Shown: positions 19,443 through 28,475 of the stretch, in pieces
How positions within the stretch are numbered: position 1 is the first letter of the stretch
Layout: each line of letters starts with the position of its first letter
IMG/VR virus record: IMGVR_UViG_3300038760_000073
Location: 12,846 to 76,845 of that record
Length of the DNA stretch: 64,000 nt
Reading direction: 5' to 3' (one strand)
Origin: a virus
Program-made: the position numbers and the translations under genes
Notes under the pieces: generated by a model
Told to the model about the DNA's origin: nothing
What the model saw: only the letters and a program-made list of their open reading frames with translations
Database searches by the model: none

Positions 19443-20093
19443 TTATCCCCAAGTAGTGCCTTTAAACCAATCTGACTTACCTTGTGTAACGTTATTACCT
19501 ACTGGGGCAGCTGCCGCGGCCGGGGCAGGATTACGGTTAGTTACTGATGACTCCGGTGATACGTTCGGTGCTTTTTCTGCAGATATATTATCTTGCACCC
19601 CCTCTGATCGCTGATCAGTATACTTATCCCAATCGATTAATTTACTAGTATTTTTTTCATATGTGGCTGAATTATCATCATGCTCAAATACTTCAACTTT
19701 ATCAACCCAACACCTACCAGACGTCTCCTTATCTATTATAGGATCAACTAATTTATAAATCCATTCAGCGGTTTTTTCGATTCCAACATTATCCATAACT
19801 CTAAGATCAATAATTCCACGAGATGATAATTCTTCAAATATATCCATCTCAGGATCGTCGCTAGCGACACATGTTGTATGATCAAATTGCTTCTGCAATA
19901 TCTTTCTAATTTCTTTAAATCCACCAAAATCATAAGACCAGGTCTTATCATCAAGATTGCTGCAGCCTATAGTAAATTCTGCTACTAAATTATACCCATG
20001 TAATTTGCAGCAGTGGCTGTGAGTAGCTCGCCATTGCCTGAAAGCACATGACCCTAGTGTTATACGTTTCTTTGATGTATGCTTATGACTCAT
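19443..20093 (-). CDS. queD: 6-carboxy-5,6,7,8-tetrahydropterin synthase
   Basis: SCAFRQWRA.HSHC..LHGY, DFGG, FDHT, E..AEW, VEVFEH..NSA.Y. Confidence 0.88.
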   Translation of the reverse strand: MSHKHTSKKRITLGSCAFRQWRATHSHCCKLHGYNLVAEFTIGCSNLDDKTWSYDFGGFKEIRKILQKQFDHTTCVASDDPEMDIFEELSSRGIIDLRVMDNVGIEKTAEWIYKLVDPIIDKETSGRCWVDKVEVFEHDDNSATYEKNTSKLIDWDKYTDQRSEGVQDNISAEKAPNVSPESSVTNRNPAPAAAAAPVGNNVTQGKSDWFKGTTWG

Positions 20094-20269
20094 AATATTA
20101 TTATAATATCTATATATATCTAAATCAACTATAAATTTACCTAATCACAGATACGCTAGACGGTCAGTTAATTAGGTTTTTCTTACTACCTATAGTCCAT
20201 TTATTAAGTCTAGATCCAATTGCAACTGTCGCGAGGGTACATTAATTTAGCCAATTTTCAAAAATATCA

Positions 20270-20297
20270 TTGACTTATTAAAAATATACATTATCAT
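20270..20297 (+). promoter_or_regulatory. Promoter TTGACT-N16-TATCAT, 6 nt before folE ATG
   Basis: Read directly from the sequence. Confidence 0.65.
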
Positions 20298-20303
20298 TAT
20301 ATA

Positions 20304-20960
20304 ATGAGTGATCAAACTGCAATATTACCAACAGCTAGTAGTTCTCATCCAAGAACATATGAGGAAAAACAAATTATAATTAAAAATGCAGCTGCAGCTT
20401 ACGAAAAATATTTAGATGCATTAGGTTTTGATTGGAGGAACGATCCTAACTCTGATAATACACCTATGCGTGTTGCAAAGGCATTTGTTAATGATATTGC
20501 TGCGGGGTGTTATAGTGATCCTCCGGAGGTGACTGTATTTCCAAGTGATGGGTATGATGGTATTGTAGCTCAGACAGGTATACCTATTGTGAGCCTATGC
20601 TCACATCATCATATGTCATTCACTGGTGTAGCTCATGTAGCTTATATTCCCTCTATAGATGGTAAGGTCGTTGGCCTATCTAAGCTTAATAGAATTGTTG
20701 AGTATTATGCAAGACGACCACAAGTTCAGGAACTCTTAACCATGCAAGTATCAAAAGCAATTGATGACATATGTGAAAATAATAGAGGAACTGCCCTAGT
20801 CATTAAAGCTCAACATACATGTGCATGTAACAGGGGTATTAAGCATCAAGGATGTGCTATGGTAACTAGTAAGTTGACTGGTGACTTTATGGATGATAAT
20901 AAAACTAGGACAGAATTTTATAAGTTTGTAGATATGTGGGAAGCTAGCGCAAATCGATAA
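20304..20960 (+). CDS. folE: GTP cyclohydrolase I
   Basis: TPMRVAK, SLCSHH, VGLSKLNR, RPQVQE, HTCACNRG. Confidence 0.95.
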   Translation: MSDQTAILPTASSSHPRTYEEKQIIIKNAAAAYEKYLDALGFDWRNDPNSDNTPMRVAKAFVNDIAAGCYSDPPEVTVFPSDGYDGIVAQTGIPIVSLCSHHHMSFTGVAHVAYIPSIDGKVVGLSKLNRIVEYYARRPQVQELLTMQVSKAIDDICENNRGTALVIKAQHTCACNRGIKHQGCAMVTSKLTGDFMDDNKTRTEFYKFVDMWEASANR

Positions 20961-21015
20961 CCCCCACGTAAATCGGCTGATTGTATACTAGAAGGAAATT
21001 ATATATAATATAGTT

Positions 21016-21549
21016 ATGAATATATTTGTAACTGATAATGACCCGATTCAAGCTGCTAAGAACTTATGTGATCAGCACGTACGTAGTAAAATGCAAATTG
21101 AGGGAGCTATTATGTTGGCTCATGCATTTTCACAGGAAATTCTTAATGATCCATCAACACCTAGAACATCCACCGGGAATCCGAGAAAAAGGGGTAAAGG
21201 TTATTATAAGCATCAATGCTCTATATGGGCTAGAGAGTCTATAGATAACTTTAAATGGCTAGCTGAGCATACTTTAGAAATGTTTACTGAGCGGATGTAT
21301 AGGTGGCCTGATTCAAAGGAGCATTACACTAAAACATTTATTGAATGGTGTATAGATAATATTGATAAGACATTAATTAAAGATATACCGCTAACATCCT
21401 ATGCTGTCGCTATTAATGATGAATGTGAGTGTCGCAAGACCGTTAAAGCATTTAACAGCTTATCAGTTATTGATCAATATAGACATTATATTAAACTAGA
21501 TAAAAAATTCGCTACATGGACTAAGCGAGAAGCGCCTAGCTGGTTTTAG
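21016..21549 (+). CDS. Pyrimidine-dimer glycosylase/DenV-related protein
   Basis: MNIF.TD.DP..AA..LCD.HV..KM.IE.A.ML, H..S.WAR.S..N..WL, YR.Y, W.KR..P.W. Confidence 0.7.
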   Translation: MNIFVTDNDPIQAAKNLCDQHVRSKMQIEGAIMLAHAFSQEILNDPSTPRTSTGNPRKRGKGYYKHQCSIWARESIDNFKWLAEHTLEMFTERMYRWPDSKEHYTKTFIEWCIDNIDKTLIKDIPLTSYAVAINDECECRKTVKAFNSLSVIDQYRHYIKLDKKFATWTKREAPSWF

Positions 21550-21986
21550 GCATCAACCTCTAAATTATCACCAGCAATATTTTCTGCACTAACATCAATT
21601 AGTGCATCTAATTCCCGTTCAATAAACTGTTTTCCAACCAATATCTTATAAATATTGGTAGATCTATTGCCAATAGAAAATGGCACATTTGAGAATAATT
21701 TATCACCAACTTTGACGTCAAACTCAACAACAGGTCGATGTTCAGTATTACCAGCACCAACATTAATTGTTACCTCACCGGTTTTATCTTTCAATAGTGT
21801 CTTACCGTTAACAGTTCTAAAAAACACCTTAGAGCCCTGCTCTTGCAAGTCCTCTCCATGGAGAACATTGTAAGCACCGTTACCAGAATCAAGCTTTGCT
21901 GGTACTATACCAATACCCTCTATATCAAAGAACTCAATTAAGCCTAAGATTACCCTTTCTTCAAAATATTGTTTAAACTTTACCAT
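21546..21986 (-). CDS. Retropepsin-like (RimK-associated type) putative protease
   Basis: PAKLDSGN, HRPVV, FSIGNRS...ILVGKQFI. Confidence 0.75.
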   Translation of the reverse strand: MVKFKQYFEERVILGLIEFFDIEGIGIVPAKLDSGNGAYNVLHGEDLQEQGSKVFFRTVNGKTLLKDKTGEVTINVGAGNTEHRPVVEFDVKVGDKLFSNVPFSIGNRSTNIYKILVGKQFIERELDALIDVSAENIAGDNLEVDA

Positions 21987-21997
21987 GGTAATTACTG

Positions 21998-22387
21998 TTA
22001 ATAATTTTCTGAATCTTCACTATGGTTAGGTACATCCTTATTTTCATCGTAATCTAACCAATGATAAACGGATGATAAATAATCAGATGCTTTAGTAATT
22101 TTTGCTGCCGTCCACCCCTCTAAACTATTTGCTGATTTGAGCATATTTTCTAACTCACTAGCATACTCTATAGTTTTTTTAAGTTCGGATAATGCCATAT
22201 GAATTTCAGAAGAATCATGCTCCTCATGAGAACATTTTTTATCACCACTATACTCTTGATCTGAATGTTGTTTATTATTATCTGTATTAATACCTACGAC
22301 AATATCATCTTTAACCGGTATACCGACTTGAGTCATATATGCTTCTGAAAGTAAATCTTTATCCTTACCCCAATTGTTATGCTGCAT
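21998..22387 (-). CDS. Late hypothetical protein
   Basis: TAAATA-N5-ATG; MA.SEL...LEGW...KITKA.DYL motif seen in T4-like phages. Confidence 0.65.
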   Translation of the reverse strand: MQHNNWGKDKDLLSEAYMTQVGIPVKDDIVVGINTDNNKQHSDQEYSGDKKCSHEEHDSSEIHMALSELKKTIEYASELENMLKSANSLEGWTAAKITKASDYLSSVYHWLDYDENKDVPNHSEDSENY

Positions 22388-22481
22388 AACAATATTTATG
22401 CTAAATTATAATACTCTCATACCTTTTAGCACTTTAGGTATTATTAATTAAGAATAACACTCTACCACCCTACCACTTCTA

Positions 22482-22874
22482 TCACCAAGATTTGCAAGCC
22501 CAGTAACCTGCTGTCAACTTACTCTTTTTTTGATCACACTTATGTCTAGCTCTAAATGATTTACGAGCTTTAGGATTACTCTTGCGTATTTTCATCGTCT
22601 TTTCACCCCGCTTTTTTGCAGATGTACCACCGTGACCAAAATTGACTTTCTTTACATTCCCAGTCTTTGGATCTTTAACATATACCTTAAACTTCTTAAC
22701 ATCTCCCCTGGTAGGCTTATTTAAGGTAACCTTGCGCCCCTGATACTCAGCATCCTCTTCCGGTAATCCACGACCAGGGAAATCTAACGACTCTGCCATA
22801 TTTTGAATACCTATTTCAGAAATATCATCTGTTGTTGTTTCTAGTTGCTCAAAATATTCTTTAAAGGTTTTCAT
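22482..22874 (-). CDS. Conserved basic T4-like phage protein with capsid-targeting-like N-terminus
   Basis: MKTFKEYFE; AEYQGRKVTLNKP...ARKSFRARHKC...YWACKSW. Confidence 0.7.
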   Translation of the reverse strand: MKTFKEYFEQLETTTDDISEIGIQNMAESLDFPGRGLPEEDAEYQGRKVTLNKPTRGDVKKFKVYVKDPKTGNVKKVNFGHGGTSAKKRGEKTMKIRKSNPKARKSFRARHKCDQKKSKLTAGYWACKSW

Positions 22875-22933
22875 ATGTATTTTAACTATTGCTTAAATTG
22901 TTTTATAGTAACTACTATAAACTAAGAATATGG

Positions 22934-23242
22934 TCAAGCACCCTCGCCATCCTCGGCACCGGTATTAAACATACTATTACCTTGACCGGTCGTACCTGCC
23001 CCTAATTTACTAAGTACATCTGCTAATTGTGCTATTAATTCTGCAGCACGTGCTTGTAAATCACCTGATTGATCTAGATCATCACAGCAACATTCATCAC
23101 AATTACCACATGTGCAGCTTTGAGGCTCTTGCGAACAACCACCAGCTATACCGGTATCGATCTCAGTTACAGCTAATTCTGTAGGAGCAATGCTCTGCAT
23201 ATATGTTTCAGCAATTAAATCCATAGTGGGGTTGTTCTTCAT
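22934..23242 (-). CDS. Late hypothetical protein with Cys-rich patch
   Basis: TAAATA-N5-ATG at 23242; CTCGNCDECCC. Confidence 0.6.
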   Translation of the reverse strand: MKNNPTMDLIAETYMQSIAPTELAVTEIDTGIAGGCSQEPQSCTCGNCDECCCDDLDQSGDLQARAAELIAQLADVLSKLGAGTTGQGNSMFNTGAEDGEGA

Positions 23243-23246
23243 AATG

Positions 23247-23795
23247 TTATTTATTGATAATAATCGATTTAACTGCTTCTTTATCTGTCTCAGACATGTC
23301 ATCCGGTGTAAAATAGCTAATAGCCTCGTCAATATCACTATTAATGAGATGTCTAGTCTTAGTTCCGGATATACCTTCTGATTGAATTGGTATTTTTGCG
23401 ATATTTACTAGTGGATATTTTTCAATATTTTTATTAAAACCATCATATCGCTTAATATCTTCATCTTTAGCACCAGCACCAACAATAATACCGGTATGTT
23501 TATTATTATATGCAAATGCATATACAGATCTAACAGGGCTAACAGCTGATATATGAGTCTCGATAGGCTTTCCTAGGTATTTTGAGTATATTTCCCATAT
23601 AGCCTTTGATTGTTCGGCTGTAATACCATCTCTTTCCTTCTTACCAATAAAAATAATGCCTTTATCTGCACTATCTAAAATATATTTGAAGGCTTTAAAG
23701 TGTCCCTTAGTTGGTGGTTTAAAGCCACCGGGGAATAATGCAATATTCTCTGCTGGTCCCTGAACTTGTTCAAAATACTGTTTAAAATTTTTCAT
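23247..23795 (-). CDS. HxGH-superfamily (cytidylyltransferase-like) nucleotidyltransferase
   Basis: PGGFKPPTKGH, ISGTKTR. Confidence 0.8.
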   Translation of the reverse strand: MKNFKQYFEQVQGPAENIALFPGGFKPPTKGHFKAFKYILDSADKGIIFIGKKERDGITAEQSKAIWEIYSKYLGKPIETHISAVSPVRSVYAFAYNNKHTGIIVGAGAKDEDIKRYDGFNKNIEKYPLVNIAKIPIQSEGISGTKTRHLINSDIDEAISYFTPDDMSETDKEAVKSIIINK

Positions 23796-25015
23796 TACTT
23801 AGTTATTGGTGTACTGGTTTGGCCTCCGGAGAAGTTTGCTCTACTAAACTCGAGTCTATCTACTAGCTTAACAGCGTTACCATCTCTACTGATGCTAACA
23901 TATCCTTCAGGCGCAGTAACCTTAAGCGTCCCATCACCAGCATCTAGAAAATGCTTTGTTTTATATACTGCATTATTATATTTGTTAATAAATATCTGTT
24001 TTGCTTGTGAGATTAACTTACTAACCTTAAACACATTTACTATATCTTGTTCATTACTCTCTATCTCTGAGAGTTTTTTCTTAAAACTCTCTTTAACTCG
24101 CTCTTTACCTTTAATACTCTTTCGTTTATCTATTTCCTTAGACATTCTATTTTTAATCCATAGAACAAAATTTGCATATGATTCATCAGCATTTTCTAAA
24201 AATTTACCACCTTTAATCTCAGAATTTGTATATATATTGAGTAAATCTAGGGGAAGATCTTTATATTTAACTTTAATTGAGTCAGCAGTCTTAACATAAT
24301 CCTTTACCTGCTTGACTTCATCAGTTGTTAATGTAACAACCCCTGTATCATCTTTAAAAAATGCATCATCTACCCACACACCAGGTACCTTGTTAAGTTT
24401 ATTAACTTTAGCTCCAAAATTAGCTCCACTTTCTAGATCATTGTATTCAGTATGAAAAATAATGCCAAATACTGAACTACTAATAGATTTACCTAGATCT
24501 GAATCCGCTTCCACTGCATATTTTATAGTATTTGGCTTAAATGTATAGTGCATCACCCCATCAATATTTTCTTTTGCTAATGTTGATGAATCAAACATAA
24601 AATCACCCTGTAGTATGTTTTTAATACCAAGTTTGGGTAGGTATTTGAGAGCCTTCTTAAGTTTATCTGCTAGACCAGGTGCATGTCCATGATTTAACTC
24701 AACATCATTATCAGTATAGTTAATTTTGGGGTCTCTATTAAAAATAGATTTGGTACCTACAAAAAATTTACCTGTATCTGGGTGCCTCCCTACAAACATT
24801 GCGGGCGCGCCATCCCACTTAACTGTGGTACCAACCTTTCGTTTACTTTTGCCTTGTAAGTGTGATAGTAGGTCTGTTATAAAGCCTCTAGCTGTTGTGT
24901 ATCCTTGCTCTCCCTTAGTTAGAACAAGTTCTTCCAGGTGGGTTAAGTGTGTGTTAGCTTTAGTTGCCTCCTCAATGAGCTTGTAAGCTTCAAAATATTG
25001 TTTATATGTTTTCAT
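23795..25015 (-). CDS. DUF6267-like protein with ligase-like KxDG motif
   Basis: NTHLTHLEE, KWDGAPA, GKFFVGTKS.FN, QGDFMF, PEGYV, KLVDRLEFS. Confidence 0.75.
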   Translation of the reverse strand: MKTYKQYFEAYKLIEEATKANTHLTHLEELVLTKGEQGYTTARGFITDLLSHLQGKSKRKVGTTVKWDGAPAMFVGRHPDTGKFFVGTKSIFNRDPKINYTDNDVELNHGHAPGLADKLKKALKYLPKLGIKNILQGDFMFDSSTLAKENIDGVMHYTFKPNTIKYAVEADSDLGKSISSSVFGIIFHTEYNDLESGANFGAKVNKLNKVPGVWVDDAFFKDDTGVVTLTTDEVKQVKDYVKTADSIKVKYKDLPLDLLNIYTNSEIKGGKFLENADESYANFVLWIKNRMSKEIDKRKSIKGKERVKESFKKKLSEIESNEQDIVNVFKVSKLISQAKQIFINKYNNAVYKTKHFLDAGDGTLKVTAPEGYVSISRDGNAVKLVDRLEFSRANFSGGQTSTPITK

Positions 25016-26190
25016 TAGTTGATTAGTTTCATTCCACCCACTTCTTTTGCAGCACCTGAGGCTGTTGTGCTACTACCAGGAAAGTACCCATAAACACCGT
25101 CACCGTCTATTCTAAATTTAATTAACTCTTGATCAATAGCTTGATTAATAATTTCTTGACTCTTTACATTGATGTAATTAGCTTTACTCCATGTACCCTC
25201 AGCAAACCTAGCAGGTCCTGTTCCGGATGCTTTCATACCATGCTGATATACTCCTAACCATATATCAAACTTATGGCCCCCTTCACCCATATTTTCATCA
25301 TCTGGTGAACCGTTTCCATAAGCGTGCAGTAAACGACCACACATATGCTGTATTCGTACATTAATACCCGGGTATTTATTAACGATTTCTTCTAAGACTG
25401 TCCTTGTTAGACCTTTCTTACAAAAATCACTGCTCCAAGTACTTGTATTAATACCATCGAGAGTATAACTATCATCCTCTGCTTCACCTGCTTTCAACCC
25501 ACCATAATTCGCTATTTGTTCAATTTTTACTCTATCATCAGCAAATCCCCTACCACGCGCACTTATAATCCTACCTAGACCTGTTTTTAATTCTATACTA
25601 GTATTACCTATCTGTAAATCACCAACGCTACCCTTTTTAGCTTCAGTTAAAAGAGCTAAAGCTAATTCTCCATTACCGACACTTACGTTACCTTCTTTAA
25701 AATCTCGCGCCCAAAGCATGTTATAAAACTTTAAATGATCTTCTACCGGCAAAAACATCTCAAGCTGAGGCTTACATATACTATATAATTCCATACTACC
25801 TACCTTAGTAGTAAATTCAGGTAACAATACATTAAGGTTGTCTTTTTTATCAACCAGCTCTCTTAATCCGTCGTAATTAGCATTATTAAACTCTTGAAAT
25901 AATAGTTTTAAGAACCGATCTTCTGTTTCAAAACCACTCTTTTCTGCTAGTTTTTGAATAATTTTATAATCCTCTTTAAGTATAAAGGATCCTTCAGCCT
26001 TACCTTGTAAATAATCAGCTACTCTAAATGCTGTCTTATCACTTATACCTTCAAGTGTTTGAGGTTTACCCTCATCATACTCAAAAGTAATCTTTGCTTC
26101 CCCATATACGCTTAAATGTCCACGTGGAGGTACTTCTTTACCTCTCACCTGATCATATAAACTTGCTAAAGATCTTCTACTATAATTCAT
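25015..26190 (-). CDS. Putative PD-(D/E)xK nuclease-fold protein
   Basis: GNGELALALL...GDLQIGNTSIELK. Confidence 0.55.
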   Translation of the reverse strand: MNYSRRSLASLYDQVRGKEVPPRGHLSVYGEAKITFEYDEGKPQTLEGISDKTAFRVADYLQGKAEGSFILKEDYKIIQKLAEKSGFETEDRFLKLLFQEFNNANYDGLRELVDKKDNLNVLLPEFTTKVGSMELYSICKPQLEMFLPVEDHLKFYNMLWARDFKEGNVSVGNGELALALLTEAKKGSVGDLQIGNTSIELKTGLGRIISARGRGFADDRVKIEQIANYGGLKAGEAEDDSYTLDGINTSTWSSDFCKKGLTRTVLEEIVNKYPGINVRIQHMCGRLLHAYGNGSPDDENMGEGGHKFDIWLGVYQHGMKASGTGPARFAEGTWSKANYINVKSQEIINQAIDQELIKFRIDGDGVYGYFPGSSTTASGAAKEVGGMKLIN

Positions 26191-26522
26191 GATCCAATAT
26201 CTGTAATTTTATCTAGTTCTCTTTGTGTGTCAACAGGACTGATCTCTAAAAAGTTCTCAATAGTCTCAATAACTTCTTTTGGTTTATCATTTAATATTAA
26301 TGACTGCAGCTCATTTACAATTTTACTCTCACTATCATCTGGTATATGTAAGAATGCCTTGACAGCTAAATTAATTAAGAATTTTTCACCCTCTGATGTT
26401 AATGGTATAGGTGTCTCAGGGACAGGCTGTTCACTAATATCCGTAGCATCAGGCATGTCTGGAGCTCCATCCTGTTCATTAATCTGTTTTAAATACTGTG
26501 TAATTAACTTGAGTGTTTTCAT
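26187..26522 (-). CDS. Hypothetical late protein
   Basis: Translationally coupled in the operon. Confidence 0.65.
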   Translation of the reverse strand: MKTLKLITQYLKQINEQDGAPDMPDATDISEQPVPETPIPLTSEGEKFLINLAVKAFLHIPDDSESKIVNELQSLILNDKPKEVIETIENFLEISPVDTQRELDKITDIGS

Positions 26523-26860
26523 ATTTCAATCTTCTTTGCGGCTTTAACGAGTTTATCTGCTAACTGTCTTTTAGCACTCTGAACTTTCCTTGCTGTTGAG
26601 CTCATCACCTGCTTACCTAGTTTTTGATCGGGTATAGACAAAACAGCTGCAGCTGTTTCTACTGTTTTGTCTATATCAGATTCTTGCTCTTCTTCTGGAT
26701 GAACAGAGTTTTTAAGCTTACTAAATATATCCCACGCAAATTCAGTACCACTTACATCAACGCTATCGATAACCTCGCCGGTTGCTGTTTGTAATACAAT
26801 ACTATAATTACCCCGTTCTGGATTATTTTCCTCAACTAATTCGAGAAATTTACTACTCAT
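26519..26860 (-). CDS. Hypothetical late protein
   Basis: TAAATA-N6-ATG; MSSKFLELVEE. Confidence 0.65.
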   Translation of the reverse strand: MSSKFLELVEENNPERGNYSIVLQTATGEVIDSVDVSGTEFAWDIFSKLKNSVHPEEEQESDIDKTVETAAAVLSIPDQKLGKQVMSSTARKVQSAKRQLADKLVKAAKKIEI

Positions 26861-26869
26861 GTATAATAT

Positions 26870-27340
26870 TTATGGTAGTAGAGATCGTTTTATGTTTATA
26901 TTGCTTTTAAATTTTTTCTCTAACGCCTGTAACTTGTATCTACGAAGTAAATTAAAAAATCTCTGAAAGTTGGCAGTTGAAATATCCGTATCGTTAAAAG
27001 CAATATAGTCTCGCTCTGTCAAAAAATTCTCAAACTCATACACATCATATGTAATATTTGATGGTAAAGTATTAAAAATCCGCTTTACCAATCTTGACTC
27101 AATACTATCTGTGGTCTTGTAGTAAAACCACTTTTTAGAACCTACCTTAGAGCATACATTTAACAATTGGTTAATAATAAAATGTAATCCTAACTTATTT
27201 TTATCCGCTCTAGATAAGGTCAATTCATTCTCAGTTATATATAAAATATATTCTTTAAAAGAATTATTTAAATAGTGGTTAAGATTTATAAACGTAATAT
27301 CCCTCTTTTGATCCTTAAAGTTGCTTACAGATAAGCTCAT
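26870..27340 (-). CDS. Hypothetical protein
   Basis: ORF that fills the gap between genes. Confidence 0.6.
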   Translation of the reverse strand: MSLSVSNFKDQKRDITFINLNHYLNNSFKEYILYITENELTLSRADKNKLGLHFIINQLLNVCSKVGSKKWFYYKTTDSIESRLVKRIFNTLPSNITYDVYEFENFLTERDYIAFNDTDISTANFQRFFNLLRRYKLQALEKKFKSNINIKRSLLP

Positions 27341-27352
27341 ATTATATACTGA

Positions 27353-27778
27353 TTATATAGATTTTCCTTTACCTATACGACAGTTTATTATACCATTATA
27401 GTACTCTTCCTTTAAGAGTACTTCCTCAGCGAATTGTATTTTCGCTTCTTCGTAACTTAATTGCCATTTTGAATCACAAAATTTGATAATTTCAAACTTA
27501 AAGTTTTGTTTTCCCAACTCAATAATATCTATATTAAGCTTATTTGATGACGAAGTATACTCACGCCAATCTGTCTCTTTAATTGTATGCCTTTTATTTT
27601 TCTTTCCTTTGAGAGGAGGTCGTTTAAGTGTAGTTATGCATTGTTTCTTACCAATATATTTCTTACCAGACTGTAAGTTTGTTATTTTATATATAAATCC
27701 GAACGGTACTATACTATCTTCACATATAATATCTGATTCCCAATGACCAAAATCAATTTGATTGCTCTTTATCGTCAT
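27353..27778 (-). CDS. GIY-YIG (Seg-like) nuclease
   Basis: FGFIYKITN...KKYIGKK, FKFEII, YYNGII. Confidence 0.8.
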   Translation of the reverse strand: MTIKSNQIDFGHWESDIICEDSIVPFGFIYKITNLQSGKKYIGKKQCITTLKRPPLKGKKNKRHTIKETDWREYTSSSNKLNIDIIELGKQNFKFEIIKFCDSKWQLSYEEAKIQFAEEVLLKEEYYNGIINCRIGKGKSI

Positions 27779-28058
27779 GATTTGCTAGCACTACTGCTTT
27801 TTTTTTCTGTACACCTCGTAACTTTTTTACCTTCTTCTTTTTGTTTTTCTCTGTCTCTGTACTTAAGTCGGCGCGGCGCTGTATGCCACCCAATACTTTA
27901 GGATTTCTGGCATCTCCAGGAGCGTATGAGTCAGATGAATTAATATTACCATCCGGGTCAAACCCACCTGCAGAGCCACCTACAGTATTACTAGTAACCA
28001 TATCTTCATGTAAATAGTATAAAAATATATGTTCAAATTTACTACTTGATTTTGACAT
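27753..28058 (-). CDS. Late hypothetical protein with basic C-terminus
   Basis: TATAAATA-N5-ATG at 28058. Confidence 0.6.
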   Translation of the reverse strand: MSKSSSKFEHIFLYYLHEDMVTSNTVGGSAGGFDPDGNINSSDSYAPGDARNPKVLGGIQRRADLSTETEKNKKKKVKKLRGVQKKKAVVLANHDDKEQSN

Positions 28059-28073
28059 ATAAGTATTTATATT
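28046..28073 (+). promoter_or_regulatory. Promoter TTGATT-N16-TATATT, 6 nt before uvsY
   Basis: Read directly from the sequence. Confidence 0.55.
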
Positions 28074-28079
28074 ATATAT

Positions 28080-28475
28080 ATGGAACTTCTTCAAAGATAT
28101 ATTAAAGAGGTTAGTGCAGATTTAGTAATTGATGATTTTAATCTCAAAAATGTACAACTTAAACTACCTGCAACAAAACATTTTTGGGTAGCTAGACTAA
28201 TCGAAGCTAAAATCGAGAAGGAATCTCTCATTAAAACAAAAAAGTCTAGCAAAAAGGCTATCATAAAGGATGTAATATACGCCGCACCAGTTAAAATATC
28301 ACAAGCTGCAGCAGAACAAGCGGCTGAGCGCCATGATACGATCCTATCTATTACTAATAAAATTAGAGAGTATGATTTAGTAATTATGTATCTTGAAAAG
28401 GTTGAAAAGGTTTTACACCAAATGACATGGGACTGTAAAAATATTATAGAAATTAATAGGCTTGAGCAATTATGA
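28080..28475 (+). CDS. uvsY: Recombination mediator UvsY
   Basis: DLVIDDFNL...LP..KH.W, WDCKNIIE; adjacent to UvsW. Confidence 0.75.
   Translation: MELLQRYIKEVSADLVIDDFNLKNVQLKLPATKHFWVARLIEAKIEKESLIKTKKSSKKAIIKDVIYAAPVKISQAAAEQAAERHDTILSITNKIREYDLVIMYLEKVEKVLHQMTWDCKNIIEINRLEQL

Noticed and set aside
27353-27778. Mobile homing endonuclease or intron
   Set aside because: Catalytic domain only, free-standing, and no interrupted gene nearby; no intein or intron is evident in gp43, gp41 or uvsX.
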